Both the position numbers and the translations under genes were made by a program. The notes beneath the pieces were generated by a model. It saw only the letters and a program-made list of their open reading frames with translations, was not told the origin of the DNA and did no database searches. A DNA stretch of 64,000 nucleotides from Glycera tridactyla (Eukaryota), in NCBI GenBank assembly GCA_965644265.1, contig OZ286459.1:24552001-24616000 (forward strand), given 5' to 3'. Shown one piece after another: positions 1 to 12,747 of the stretch. How positions within the stretch are numbered: the stretch's first letter is position 1; every line of letters starts with the position of its first letter.

Positions 1-859
1 ATTGTGGGTTTTCAGCAAGTCGCATAATCATGTATATCGTCACTGGCGAGGTGAGAGACACCCCGGTTCTTAACTGAGCAGCGCTGTTCACAACAGTGAA
101 CAGGGTTCTTCTTTGGATCGGTGACCAACATGGACAAGGTTCACCATTTTCTACCACTACTCACTGAGGAGGCACTTCTGTGCGGAGTTGACTGAGTGGA
201 ACCTCTATACTCCACCACTTCACTCTACCCAGGTGTGAATAGGTGTTGGCATATATGCAGCGATGGTGATGTAGAGTGCTTAGCCCATGCAGTCAATTCT
301 GTGTCAGTGGTTGTATACTTCCTAAAGAGATAAGAAAGGCTCAAGCTTGAACAGGTCTACCAAGGAATATATTTGTAAGGTCGGGTGGAGTTTCTAAGGA
401 TACCAGACTATAAACCACTACATTTACTTGCTCAGATAAGGTAGGCGGAGATCAGTCTGAATTGCCAGCAATCCTCTGATGTAGTTTGCAACGTTGTGTG
501 TTCGGTGTGGGTTGACTTTACGTCTCTAGAAGGCAGAACGTTGTTCCGCATGTTATGTGTTTTTGTTTTCTTCTCACTTGTGTATTCTTTGTATATATGT
601 TCGGTGCTTTATATGTTTGTACTCCTGCAGAGAAAACATGATACTTACATTGTTCCTCTCTGGAGTTTGCAAACAAATTGTCGATATGGAAACGAAATTC
701 TCAATATTGTTTTTGAAAAGTCACCTTTGAAGATATCTGGATCTCAGAATCAGAAAGATCTGAGTGCAATACAAGAAGGCGGTAGATGACACAAATTTGT
801 GATTCCATGGCGATGAAAAAAAGTACAGTATCCTGACGAAACTGATCCCGGACTCACGC

Positions 860-1390
860 AAAACCTGCTGACCCCCGCCAATATGGTGCTGATATCTTTC
901 ACTGGTCACTCCAATTGGTGGATGAGAATTTTGGTTTGAATACACACGCCAATTGATGACAATTTCCACAGTATTTTAAGTACTCATCATACTTGGATCT
1001 CCCTTGATGTCCTGCTCTACTGACAATTTGAATCATGATAGGAGATTCCCACATTAATTTGAAACCATCCTCATCGCAGTTGATGCCTTCTAATTGCCTG
1101 TCAAATACATTCAGTCAAAGGATTCAATGTTCATGGCCACGCACTGCGCCTGTGATTGAAGTCGGGGAGGCTAATAAAAGGGTGTCATCCAAGTTGGATG
1201 GATCGATCTTCGATTAGAAACTACCACTGCCTTCAGCCACCCCCGGAGTAAGAATCAGTCCACCCAGAGACAACTAAGAGTTGACAATTGCCGACTGATG
1301 CGGTTTTATGTCGATTTTCTTGTAATTGCTGCCTACAGCTTCCAGATGAGTTACGATAGTGTTTGCTCAATGTCCTGTGTACATGTGCTC
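860..1390 (+). pseudogene. Highly degraded Gypsy-like integrase core fragment (also in copy B, ~17640-18250 minus, and copy C, ~54720-55210 plus)
   Basis: Manual translation across stops and frameshifts in the copies gives PANPLPI..., WILGSPL..., ETILIAVDAF..., TTTAFSHPRS..., LVIAAYS, in the order expected for PLxPLP..DILGPL..YILVxVDxFS..TTxYHPQxNG..LxAYR. Confidence 0.35.
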
Positions 1391-2317
1391 CTTCATACAT
1401 GGATGTAGTCAATGGTCATATGTGGTGTGTGTATGCGTGTATGTGTATGTGTACATGTGCTCCCTCATACATGCATGTAGTCGATGGTTATATGTGGTGT
1501 GTGTGTGTGTGTGTGCGTGTATGTGTGTGTGTGTACATGTGCTCCTTCATACATGCATGTAGTCAATGGTTATATGTGGTGTGTGTGTGCCTGTATGTGT
1601 GTGTGTACATGTGCTCCTTCATACATGCATGTAGTCAATGGTTATATGTGGTGTGCGTGTGTGTGTATGTGTGTGTGTGTACATGTGCTCCTCCATACAT
1701 GCATGTAGTCAATGATTATATGTGGTGTGTGTGTGTGCGTGTGTGTGTATGTGTACATGTGCTCCCTCATACATGCATGTAGTCGATGGTTATATGTGGT
1801 GTGTGTGTGTGTGCGTGTATGTGTGTGTGTACATGTGCTCCTCTATACATGCATGTAGTCAATGGTTATATGTGGTGTGTGTGTGTGTGTGTGCGTGTAT
1901 GTGTGTGTACATGTGCTCCTCCATACATGCATGTAGTCAATGGTTATATGTGGTGTGTGTGTGCGTGTATGTGTGTGTACATGTGCTCTTCCATACATGC
2001 ATGTAGTCAATGGTTATATGTGGTGTGTGTGTGCATGTATGTGTGTGTGTGCATGTGCTCCTTCATACATGCATGTCGGTAATGGTTAGATATCTGGTGT
2101 GTGTCTGTGTGCGTGTATGTGTGTGTGTACATGTGCTCCTCCATACATGCATGTAGTCAATGGTTATATATGGTGTGTGTGTGCGTGTATGTGTGTGTGT
2201 ACATGTGCTCCTTCATACATGCATGTAGTCAATGGTTATATGTGGTGTGTGTGTGTGCGTGTATGTGTGTGTGTACATGTGCTCCTCCATACATGCATGT
2301 AGTCAATGGTTATATGT

Positions 2318-2354
<37 letters not shown>

Positions 2355-2430
2355 ATGTGCTCCTCCATACATGCATGTAGTCAATGGTTATATGTGGTGT
2401 GTGTGTGCGTGTGTGTGTGTGTGTGTGTAT
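1375..2430. repeat. Minisatellite, 14 units of ~70-80 bp (conserved ~45-bp core plus variable GT tract)
   Basis: Core tacatgtgctcc(t/c)tcatacatgcatgtagtcaatggttatatgtgg recurs at ~1380, 1452, 1533, 1607, 1680, 1754, 1829, 1908, 1978, 2051, 2128, 2199, 2275 and 2352. Confidence 0.95.
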
Positions 2431-4829
2431 GTGTGTGTCGTGAGAGAGATATCCATGCTCGTATGTGAGTGTGTATTTGTGTGTCATTAGAGAGTGATAT
2501 GCATGTTTGCATGTGCGTGTGAGTGTGTGTGTTGTAAAAGAATGATACACAGGTTTGTGTATGTGTGTCTGTGTTTGTGTATGTGTAAGTATATACATAC
2601 GTACATGCATGCATGCGTGTGTATATGTGTGCCCATGGGTATCTGACATGTTTGATAGACCCTCTCTCTTTCCATCCAAACACCAATGAAATGAATACAT
2701 TGTGTATGCATATGTATATACGTTCATCATTCTGTGTGCATGCGTGTGTGTGAGTATATAAATACGTACATACATGCATGTGTACATGTGTGTGCATGGG
2801 TATGTTTGATAGACGCTCTCCCTCTCAATATCGACACTAATGAGATGGACAGAGTTTGTATGCATGTGTATGCGCGCGTGTGCATGCGTGCGCATAAGCT
2901 TGTGTTACAGGCTATGAAAACCGTGTTCATTGGTCCAGATGAGGCACCTCGAGATGAGACTACAAGGGCTTCTGTAGATGAAAAAGCCTTGAGGGCTAGG
3001 AGTGGTGTTTTATTTCATGGCAAGCGACATGTCCCGCTCTCTCTTTTTCTTTGAAAAAAAAGTTCCTATCTGCCATTCGATGGAATGGTTTCAGGTTACT
3101 GCTTCAGATGAGATTGAAACTGTCACCGATTCAGGCCTTGTGTGGCGTTGAAGGTGTACTAACGCCATTCTGCTTACTTCCATCTGTGTGGTTCATAACA
3201 TCTATCACATCAATGTGCCAGTCACAGATTGATTGATTGATGGGATGATTTATTGATTGATTGATTGTTTGATTGATTGATCAATTGATATTCAACGGCA
3301 CGTATCAACATGAGGGATCATGTTCGCCGTATGTTCCTGATCAATGAAAGCTGAATGTCCATTCTTCAGCAGGCATCACTTACGCAAACCATCAACACAA
3401 GAAGAAAGTTGCATCAATGAAGCTACATTGGAATTTGGGGGAGGAGGAAATGCTCATTTTGAGACCTTCTGGGTTGTTTGAGGGTCTCATGAGCACAGAT
3501 TTGGCTATATTGAGACGTCCATGCAATAGATGTGGATTATTCAACAGTATGCATTCTCCGGGACCTCGATGAAGGATGAAATGATATAATAAAACAGAAT
3601 GAGTGTTCAGAGGATGGAAATAGTACATCAGAGCATCGGTCCACCCACAGCAAAATGTGATTGATCATGTTTGATTCAAAGTAGCTAACAAGAGGAATCA
3701 CATCGTCCAACACACTTTGATACGGCACTTCAGAGGACAGGATCAATGTGAATGTAACGAAGAACAGGCTCAAACGCCTCAAGCACTTCACAACGAGTAT
3801 GCTACTCAGCTCGGATCAAACAGATTCGACCCAGGCAACCTTTTCTGGACATGATTATTTTTCACATTTCAATTGACAGTATACACCTTATGTGCTAACC
3901 TCATTCAGGGATAGGCTCTCTCTCTCTCTGCCTCTCTCTCTGCCTCTCTCCCTCTCTCTATCTATCTAACTATCTATCTCTCTCCATCTCTCTGTAACTC
4001 TCTCTCTGTGACTCCCTCCCTCTCATCTGCACTCAATGATTTCGGTTTGCTCAGGTTGGCTAGAGAAGACTCAGTCTACAACAGTGGATGATACGAGGGG
4101 GAGATGACCATGTGTGGTGAGCATGCCAAAAATATGCAGACAATGTAACGGTTGTGTATGTCGCATCAAACACAACACTGTCATACTGGTGCATATGAAC
4201 AGCATGGATTGGTCGTACTACAGCACCAAGTGAGAGATATAGGCAATCATGTAATTTATATGAGAAGCAAACAGTATGGAATATTTGCTTTTTTATCACT
4301 CAATGTTTTGGTGGCTTTTTTACCCATATATTTATCTGACAGTTCATTCATGCATCGATGCAAGTATTCTGGAAATTAATCATTATTCCACATATTCCCA
4401 ATCATAGAGTGTTTTTTTGTTGTTGTACGTCCAGTTGGCTATGATAGACGGGTTATGGTTTCAGGAATGCAACAATCAAGGTCATGTAAATATGAAACCA
4501 CCGTGTGGAGCAACTTCCATCACATGCGACCCGGGCAATCATGTTTGTAATCAACGCCCAGTGCTACCTGAGAAACCACATTCATCACCAGGCCTGACAT
4601 CGAGTGGAGCCACATAGGTGACTATAATCAAATGCAACCCGAGGGACAACATTGGATCCGAAATGTCATGATTGGGGTCAATTGCGACTGCAGGAACCAC
4701 CTTGTGACCATACCTGAGTGCGAGGAATTTCCCATTTAGCGAAGGGTGCAATCCCATGAAACATGTTCCCAACCAACATCAAAAGTTACTTCGCGAGCGT
4801 CTCTCTTTCTCTCCATACACAAAGATGCA

Positions 4830-4838
4830 CCTACACAC

Positions 4839-4893
<55 letters not shown>
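4830..4893. repeat. (CA)n microsatellite, one of many. Others include a CT tract at 3918-4025, CA at 9649-9680, 14826-14871 and 14970-15013, (ACC)n at 32660-32712 and GT at 58333-58369.
   Basis: Direct reading. Confidence 0.95.
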
Positions 4894-4895
<2 letters not shown>

Positions 4896-6641
4896 AACAC
4901 ACTGATGAAACTGTTCAGGTGCTTGACGACGGCGCTATATGGTACAATGAAACAGGCACTGGCCAAGTTGGCCAGACTGATGGAGTGGAACTCCAGTGTG
5001 CCTTTGTCATCTAACTGATACATAGCCTAGGAGATAACCCCTGATGTACACTAATCTACTTCATGTCTGACCATTAGGCTTTCAGTAGTTGCAAGCCATA
5101 GAGTCACTGGTAATCAACACTGATTGCTTGTTGTTGCAAGCTGTGTTGCCGAGATGAATCATCCTGCCCCACCAGATAATGGCCGATAAAATCCAGCCAT
5201 ACACTTGGTGAATTATCGCCGGCTGTCCTTCTTGTAACATGTGTGGTACACCGTTGGCATACAAAGGCATACATATTTTATGTCACAACCGGTCACGCCA
5301 TAGAAATGTCCCCTATACGCCTATTACTTTTGAGGAAAAAAGGACATGCACTTAGCTCTGGTATTGTGTGTATGTGTGCGCATATATGTGTGTGTGTGCG
5401 TGGGTGTGGATGTGTACACGCATGTGTGTATGTGTGTGCATTGTCGTCGTCAAGGTCCATATCTAGTATTTACTGGAAAGCTAGCAGTTTTCAGATCCAC
5501 CTGGACACTGTGAAATTGACGCATAATTTGTCCATTGGTTGGTCTGTTGTTTGCCCTCAGACTTTACTTCACCTCTGTGTCAGACCATACCAATTTTTTG
5601 TCATTGGCAGGAGGTGAAAATATATGGAATGATCCCGTCATTGCGAGCCTGAGAGTTGTTTCACTCTATTGCATTTGGTCAACCCATTGTCAGGATGAAC
5701 AGAAGTTATACAACCTGTTAGTAGTTCCCACCATCTTGTTATATTGTGAATTACAGTTGTCCAATACGATAATCCCTATATACCCGTGCTCCACGTCTGT
5801 TGTACCTGTTTTAATACACGAGTGGTTTCGGTATTGTTTTCCTAATATAATGAAATCCCCCCTCTCTAACAAGGAAACGTTTCGCTGTACAGGAGCAAAA
5901 TTCAATTAGTCAATGTATTTCCATCATACGGTATTGAATGGCGCTCCGAATTTGATTTTGCAGAATGCGTATTATAGGGCACTTGCTATGCCTAATCCAC
6001 TATATATGATGGATCTGTTCTCAAGCTAAAGCATATTCTCCCCAATATCAACTGACTTTTGAACCCGACAGACATTATCTAATCTCTACGTTCCTTGAAT
6101 CTGCTGAGCTTTATAGAGCCACCAGGGTTTAGTGAATGGCCACACATTTGGTGGGTAATGAACCTCGATAACACAAGCCGGAGGTATAGGCGTCACAATT
6201 TAATCTCCTTCCAGCTATAAGAGAGTTAAATCCTTATGCTTCTGCGGAGAGATCCCTCCTTGTGGGTCTCTGACAAAACTTACTGTAGTTTGACGTTTTG
6301 TTGGAGACCAAGATCACAATCATGATTTTGGCATACCCCACACATACTCTTCACCAGAATCTCAAGGACGGCAACTACTAGGACGGCTTCAAAGAACATG
6401 ACAGCATATTTATTCATGCAGACTTTGCAATTTTTCTATGATAGTCATTCCAAATTTTTGTCATTCTCATTTTCAAATTTGGCAATGATGATGATTGCAC
6501 ATTACTTCCCACTTTTTATGAAGATTCACTCGTGGCGCAATATGAGCCAATAGGTATATTTCTCACGAGAATGACGCGATATTCGCTAAGCCACAGAGAC
6601 AAAGTCCAATACAATGTTTCCACTCATCAGATAAGAGGAAA

Positions 6642-7142
6642 CTATCCAGAAGAACAGTGACATATCTGACTAGATCAGAGTATCACTTATAGTTCCTCCC
6701 AGATCCTCAAAATGATGATGGCAAGACATGGATAGTGCTCATTACGTTACGAATTCTCAAAGAACAACATATGGCCACACCTACGGCCTTCGAACCCCAT
6801 CCATTCAAAACATTGGGTAGAGATTGAGTGAAACCACTTGATCATATCTCACTCGGTAAATCCTCCAGGGCTCAACTGTGTGAATTTGAGAGGGCTATTG
6901 ATTGATCGATGACCCTATTCGAAAAAGTCGTTTGAATCGGTAAACAGCAACAAAAACAAGATGATTAGTAAATCAAATTGCTCCAATGCCCAATCAATGA
7001 GAATTTGCATTGCCATCAACGTCTAATCTATTCGTAACGTGATGAGCACTATCCACGTCTTGCCATCATCCTTTTGAGGATCTGGGAGGAACTATAATTG
7101 ATACTCTGATCTATTCAAATATGTCACTGTTCTTCCGGATAG
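6642..7142. repeat. Short inverted repeat: ~112-bp arms (6642-6754 / 7030-7142) around a ~275-bp loop, at the A/B palindrome centre
   Basis: ctatccagaagaacagtgacatat...atagtgctcattacgttacgaat pairs with attcgtaacgtgatgagcactat...atatgtcactgttcttccggatag. Confidence 0.9.
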
Positions 7143-7151
7143 ACCAGAGTA

Positions 7152-7471
7152 AAGTATTACAATGTAGAAAATATCACACAACTTTTCATGAATGTCAATC
7201 CGATAGACATATTTGATTATTTGCATGAATTGGGAATACTTGGACAAATATGAATCGTATGCATGCTAACCCAGTGCATGCTGACTGGGATATCAGAAGC
7301 CAACCGTGTATATAGAAGCCTTTTTCTGTACGCACGTTTAAGATCCACTGCTGCCTTTCACAAAGAGTAGGGGCGGCTACCGACGGTAGTACCTCTTTTC
7401 TTCAGCATTTTCAATTTTTCAGTCCGATATAACCAAAAGTGGTTGGAAGGACGTAAGCCCCAAACAAACAA
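7152..7471 (+). mobile_element. 3' fragment of an I/Nimb-type (RNase H-bearing) LINE with a CAAA tail
   Basis: 7152-7253 translates KYYNVENITQLFMNVNPIDIFDYLHELGILGQI*, resembling the C-terminus of I/Nimb ORF2. It ends ggttggaaggacgtaagccccaaacaaacaa. Diverged homologues of the 3' part lie at ~33040-33235 (+) and ~49780-49960 (-). Confidence 0.55.
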
Positions 7472-7533
7472 GCGAACAAACAAAATCTCCTTGATATAGT
7501 CTCCTCTTATCTGATGAGTAGGAACATTACATA

Positions 7534-7785
7534 GTCCGTGGGCCAATTCTCAGAAGAGGCTTGAAAACCACTTCTCGTAGGACCGGAAGGGAAGTTAGGT
7601 TTCTTTGCTTTATTTCATAGATTGGAGTATAGCAAACACATTTAGACAGGGGTACCTCTCCAAAAAGTGTCCAGAGGTTGATTCTGGACTAAAATTCAAA
7701 ATGGCTGTCATAAGCGAATTCATGAGAAACCTAATTCCCCTTCCGGTCCTACCGAATCTGGATTTTCATGAATTGGCCCGCGGAA
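7534..7785. mobile_element. ~250-bp MITE with TA flanks (Tc1/mariner-like target)
   Basis: TIR gtccgtgggccaattc / gaattggcccgcggaa (14/16). Internal IR gtaggaccggaagggaagttaggtttct (7577-7604) / agaaacctaattccccttccggtcctac (7725-7752). Absent from the paralogous sites in copies A (~6600) and C (~60415). Confidence 0.6.
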
Positions 7786-8334
7786 TAATATTAGGCCCAG
7801 AGGTAGTGACTCAGCAAATTCATCGGAATGTATCTAGGCACACTTGTGAGAAATATACCTATCGACTGATATTCGAGGATGAAAAAGTGAAAGTGAAGTC
7901 CAATCATAATCATTGGCAAATTTTAAAATGAGAATGACAAGAATTTGAAATACCTATAATAGAAACGAATTGCAAAGGTTGCATGAATGAGGATGATGCT
8001 ATCTCTCCTCGAAGCCGTCCTAGCAGTTGCTGTCCTCAAGATTTCTTTTACACGTGTATGTGTTCGGTATGCCAAAATCATGATTCCAATCTTGGTTTCT
8101 AACAAATGTTAAATCACAGTTAGTTGTATCTTTATCTCTTTCCCTCTCCCTCCCCCTGTCTCTTCTTTTCTCCCTCCCACTCCCTTTTTCTGTCTCTTCC
8201 TCGATCTCTCTCTCGTCTAACTCTTTATTCCCCTTTCCTTTCACCTCTCCTTGTTCCCATTCTCATTCCATCAATTTGGGCTGTGTTTCCAGAAATGCAG
8301 TCATAATACCATTCGTGACTCATCACCAAAAAAA

Positions 8335-8417
8335 TCCTCCTAGGTAGGTAGTCTGATTCAGCCTACTCAAGTGCAGAAAGTGGACCTAAAGCCTTAACAT
8401 TTCTTTTCATTTCATTT
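8335..8417 (+). mobile_element. 5'-truncated copy of the SINE family seen at 59831-60000
   Basis: gcctactcaagtgcagaaagtggacctaaa is shared with the full SINE. Flanked by TSD-like tcacca(a/g)aaaa (8323, 8418). The site is empty in copy C (~59590). Confidence 0.75.
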
Positions 8418-8530
8418 TCACCAGAAAAGAGCTGACCCCATCACTCGCAAAAGTAGGCTCATCTGGTTGAGTTGACGGTATTTTCTTCCCATAGTACCAA
8501 GTAATCCAAGGAATATGCACAGTAGTTAGG

Positions 8531-9100
8531 ATGCTTCGAATAATGCACGTGCTGCTTGGGGTAAATTACCCACCAAATGTGAGGCCTTCACTGATTCCTG
8601 GTGAATATATCAAGCTCCGTAGATTCGATGAACGTAGAGATAAGGTACACATCATAATATTTCTGTTAGAAAAAAAGTGGAAACTCGAGAACATGTTATC
8701 ATGTAATCACTCTCGAATTGTAATCAAACGAAATCAAGATGATGAAATGGAATTCTCATGAAATTTTGAAACAGTACTGGGATATATAGTGGATGAGGCA
8801 ACAGTATAGCAAGGACTGTTTAACAGGAACTCTGCAAATCTAATTTGGAACGCCATTCAATATCGAGAAGAGAAAGTTGATTAACTAATTGAATTTTGCT
8901 CTCGCACAGAGAATAGTTCTCTCGTAGTTGATGAAGGAGTTCAACAAGAAAAACAATACACACAGACAATGATGTTGCCAACACTTCTCATGGCTGATTT
9001 ACAGACTCTTACGTTCTATTCAGCTGTCAATAACGACCCCATTGTCTTTCTAGGACTGACAATTCTTGAAATTCCGTAGAGTAACACCTCTGCAGATATT
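8531..9100 (+). pseudogene. Possible decayed Penelope-like RT C-terminal/GIY-YIG fragment (copies at ~59000-59552 minus and ~6000-6170 minus)
   Basis: YPPNVRPSLIPGEYIKLRRF (B) and HYPPNVRGSLIPCEYMKLSRF (C) resemble the Penelope HPxxxKxSIPxxExLRLRR motif. DVAxHF- and KESLIF-like remnants lie downstream. Confidence 0.35.
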
Positions 9101-9645
9101 GGTCAGTCATCGCTGGTTGCTTGTGGTTCTCCTATTTATTCATAAATACTCGATATATCAGGATGTAATCTCTATGAACCAAACCACTCATATAATAAAA
9201 CAGCTACAATGGAGGTGGAGCACAGGTATATAGGGATCATCGTATTCGACTAAGGTAATTCACTAAATCACAATATTATGTGGGATAACGAGATGGCGGG
9301 AATGGATAACTGGTTGTATAAGTTCAGTCCATTCTGCCAATTGGCGGACCAGATGAGATAAAGGGAAACAACTCACAGGCCTGTAATGACGGAATCAACA
9401 TGAGTGATTCAATATATTTTCACATTCTGTCAGGGGCAAAAAATTTTGACAGTCTGACACAGCAGTGAAGTAAACCTAGGACCAAACAACTGACCAACCA
9501 TGGACGGATCTCGTGTGATATGTCTTTGAATCACAATAGAGCTAAACAGACCAGATCAATTCACAATCGATGTAGACATTTCACAGTGCCTGGAGTGCAT
9601 TTTGAAACTGCTAACCTTCAAATCACTACCAGACATGGAACTTGA

Positions 9646-9687
<42 letters not shown>

Positions 9688-10982
9688 AGCGCACACATAT
9701 AAGCGCACACATACACACATACACCAGAGCCAAGTGGATATTCTGTGTTCCTTGAAAGTATTAGGTGTTTCGGAAACATTTTTATGGTGTAACTGGTTGT
9801 GACACATCATAAAAGATGTATGCCTTTGCATGCTAACAACGTACCACGCAAGCATCAAGAAGAACAGCCGTCGGTAATTCATCAAGTCCATGGCTGGATT
9901 TTATTAGCCATTATCTGGTGGGGCAGGATGATTTATTTCAGCAACATAGACTGCGACAGCAAGCAATCTGTGTTGGTCACCAGTGACACTAATTGTTGCA
10001 TCCACTCGTGGCTTGATCATCAGACATGAAGTAGATTAGTGTACATCAGGGGTTTTCTCCTGGATTATGTATTAGTTAGATAACAAAGGCACACTAGTGT
10101 TCTACTCTATTAGTCTGGCTAACTTGGCAAGTGCCTGCCTCATTGTACCGGATAGCGCCGTCGTCAAGTGCCTGAACGGGTTCATCAGTGTGTGTGTGTG
10201 TGAGCGCATGCGCATGTGCGTCTGGGTGTGTCTGTGTGTGTGTAGAGAGAGAAGGTTGGGGCAGTGATTGTAGCACATTCGTCAAGCTGTCTAGGCCAGA
10301 CCTAACTCATAAGGTAGCATTTAATGTTGGTTGGGAACATGTTTCCAGGGATCGCACTCGACCCTAACTAGGAAATTCCTCGCACTCAGGTATGGTTTCA
10401 AACGTGATTCTCGAGGTTGCAATTGATGCTTGTTATGACATTTTGGATTCAACGTTGTTTCTCAGGTCGCTCTCAATTAGGGTTGCCCATGTGGCTCCAC
10501 TCGATCCAGGGCCTTAAATTTTGGTGATAGATGTGGTTTCCCGGGTTGCACTGAACGGTGATGACAAAAATGATTTTCCAGGTCGCATGGAAGTCATTCC
10601 ACACGGATTCAAGCTAACATAGCCTTGATTGTTGCATTTCTGAGACCGTATCTCGTCTATCATGGCCAACTGGACTTCCAATTGAGAAGATAACACTTTA
10701 TGATTGTGGATATGTGGAAACAACAATCGCGGAATACTTACATCGATGCATGGATGGACTGTCAGATTAATCTTTGGGTGATAAAGCCATCAAAACGTTA
10801 AGTAATGGAAAAACGAACATTCCATACCGGTTGCTTTTAATATGAATTATACATGATTGCTCATATCTCTCACTTGGTGCTGCAGTACACCCAAAGCATA
10901 CTTGTACAGATGCACCAGTTTGACAGTATTGTGTTGAATATACGCAAACGTTGCATTGTCTACACACCCTGGGAACTCCTGA

Positions 10983-11118
10983 NNNNNNNNNNNNNNNNNN
11001 NNNNNNNNNNNNNNNNNNNNNNNNNNNNNNNNNNNNNNNNNNNNNNNNNNNNNNNNNNNNNNNNNNNNNNNNNNNNNNNNNNNNNNNNNNNNNNNNNNNN
11101 NNNNNNNNNNNNNNNNNN
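10983..11118. other. N block, one of six: also 24612-24743, 25674-25806, 29928-30082, 30367-30508 and 52468-52597
   Basis: Direct reading. Where a paralog is readable the site is a simple repeat (e.g. the CT tract at ~56995-57100 and the CCTA tract at ~52845-52950). Confidence 0.95.
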
Positions 11119-12704
11119 TGAACGAGGTTATCACAGGATGTGTATACTGTCAATTGAGTTGTGAAAGAAGTCAACTTTGGAAAAGTTCCCCCGGGTAGAA
11201 TCTGTTTTATCCGAGCTGAGTAGCATACTCGTGTTGAAGGGCTTGAGGCATACGAGCCTGTTCTTTGTTACATTTGCATTGATCCTGTCCTCTGAAGTGC
11301 CGAATCAAAGTGTGTGAGACGATGTGATTGGCATGTCAGGGTTCTTTCCTCTTGTTAGCTACTTTGAATCAAACATGATCGATTGCATTTTGCTGTGGGT
11401 TGACCGATGCTCCGGTATACTATTTCCATCCTATGAACACTCATTCTGTTTTATCATATCATTTCACCCTCCATTGAAGGCTCGGAGAATGCATACTGTT
11501 AAAAAATCCACATCTATCGCATTGACGTCTCAATATAGCCCAATCTGTGCTCATGAGACCCTCAAACGACCCAGAGGGTCTTGGGATGAGCATTTTCTTC
11601 CCAAAATAAAGATTTCCAATGTAACATCATTAATGCAACTTTTGACAACCTTTCATCTTGTTGAGGGTTGGTTTAAGTAATGAGGGCAGAAGACTAGACA
11701 TTCAGCTTTCATTGATCAGGAACACACGGCATACATGATCCTTCATGTTGATACGTGCCGTTGAATATCGACTAATCAATCAATCAAACAATCAACCAAT
11801 CAATAAATCATTCCATCAATCAATCAATCAATTAATCTGTGACTGACACATTGATGTGATAGATGTGATGAACCACACAGGTGGAAGTGAGCAGAATGGT
11901 GTTAGTACGCTTTCAACGTCACACAAGGCCTGAATGGGTGACATTTCCAATCTTGTCTGAAGCAGTAACCTGAAACCATGCCATCGACTGGCTGAGAGGA
12001 ATGTTTTTTTCTTAATAATAGAGAAAGCGGGGCACGTTGCTTGCCGTGAAATAAAACACCGCTCCCAGCCCTCAGGGTTTCTCATCTACAGAAGCCCTTG
12101 TATTCTCATCTCGAGGTGCCTCATCTGATGCAATGAACACAGTTTTCTTCACCTCTTACACCCACAAACATGCACACGCACGCACACACGCACATACACA
12201 TGCATACAAACTCTGTCCATTTCATTAGTGTCAATATTGAGAGAGAGAGAGCGTTTATCAAACATCTCAGATACCGATGCGCACACATGGACACATGCAT
12301 GTATGTACGTATTCATATACTCACACACACACATGCACACACAATGATAAACGCATATACATATGTATACACAATGTATTCATTTCATTGGTGTTTGGAT
12401 GGAAAGAGAGACGGTCTATCAAACGTGTCAGATACCCATGGGCACACATATACACGCATGCATGCATGTGCATATGTATATACTTAAACATACACAAACA
12501 CAGACACACACACAAACCTGTGTATCACACACACACACTCACACGCATGCAAACACGCATATCACTCTCTAATGACACACAAACACACACTCACATACAA
12601 GCATGGATATCTCTCTCATGACTCACACACACACACGCACACACACACGCCACATATAACCATTGACTACATGCATGTATGGAGGAGCACATGTACACAC
12701 TCAT

Positions 12705-12747
<43 letters not shown>

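Larger units (their letters stand above)
1..6665 (+). repeat. Segmental duplication copy A (block X, forward orientation); begins before the window
   Basis: Collinear with 53880-60478 (direct) and with 7492-12883 plus 17628-19060 (reverse complement). Example: ctactcactgaggaggcacttctgtg near 160 and near 54027, with its reverse complement near 18849. Roughly 80% identity by eye. Confidence 0.93.

Noticed and set aside
1375-2430. Repeat-spacer appearance resembling a CRISPR array
   Set aside because: The spacers are GT microsatellite tracts rather than unique sequence, there are no cas genes, and the context is eukaryotic.
1359-2930. Many Cys/Val- or His/Thr-rich ORFs (also 4736-5023, 12149-12790, 14748-15119, 55408-55946)
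   Set aside because: They are translations of GT/CA repeats, which lack stop codons.
9799-10029. GRMIYF...SVLVTSDT resemblance to the EADTRMILH...VVxSxDTD motif of Academ/PIN-like domains
   Set aside because: The match is too short and no neighbouring motifs were found in any of the three copies.
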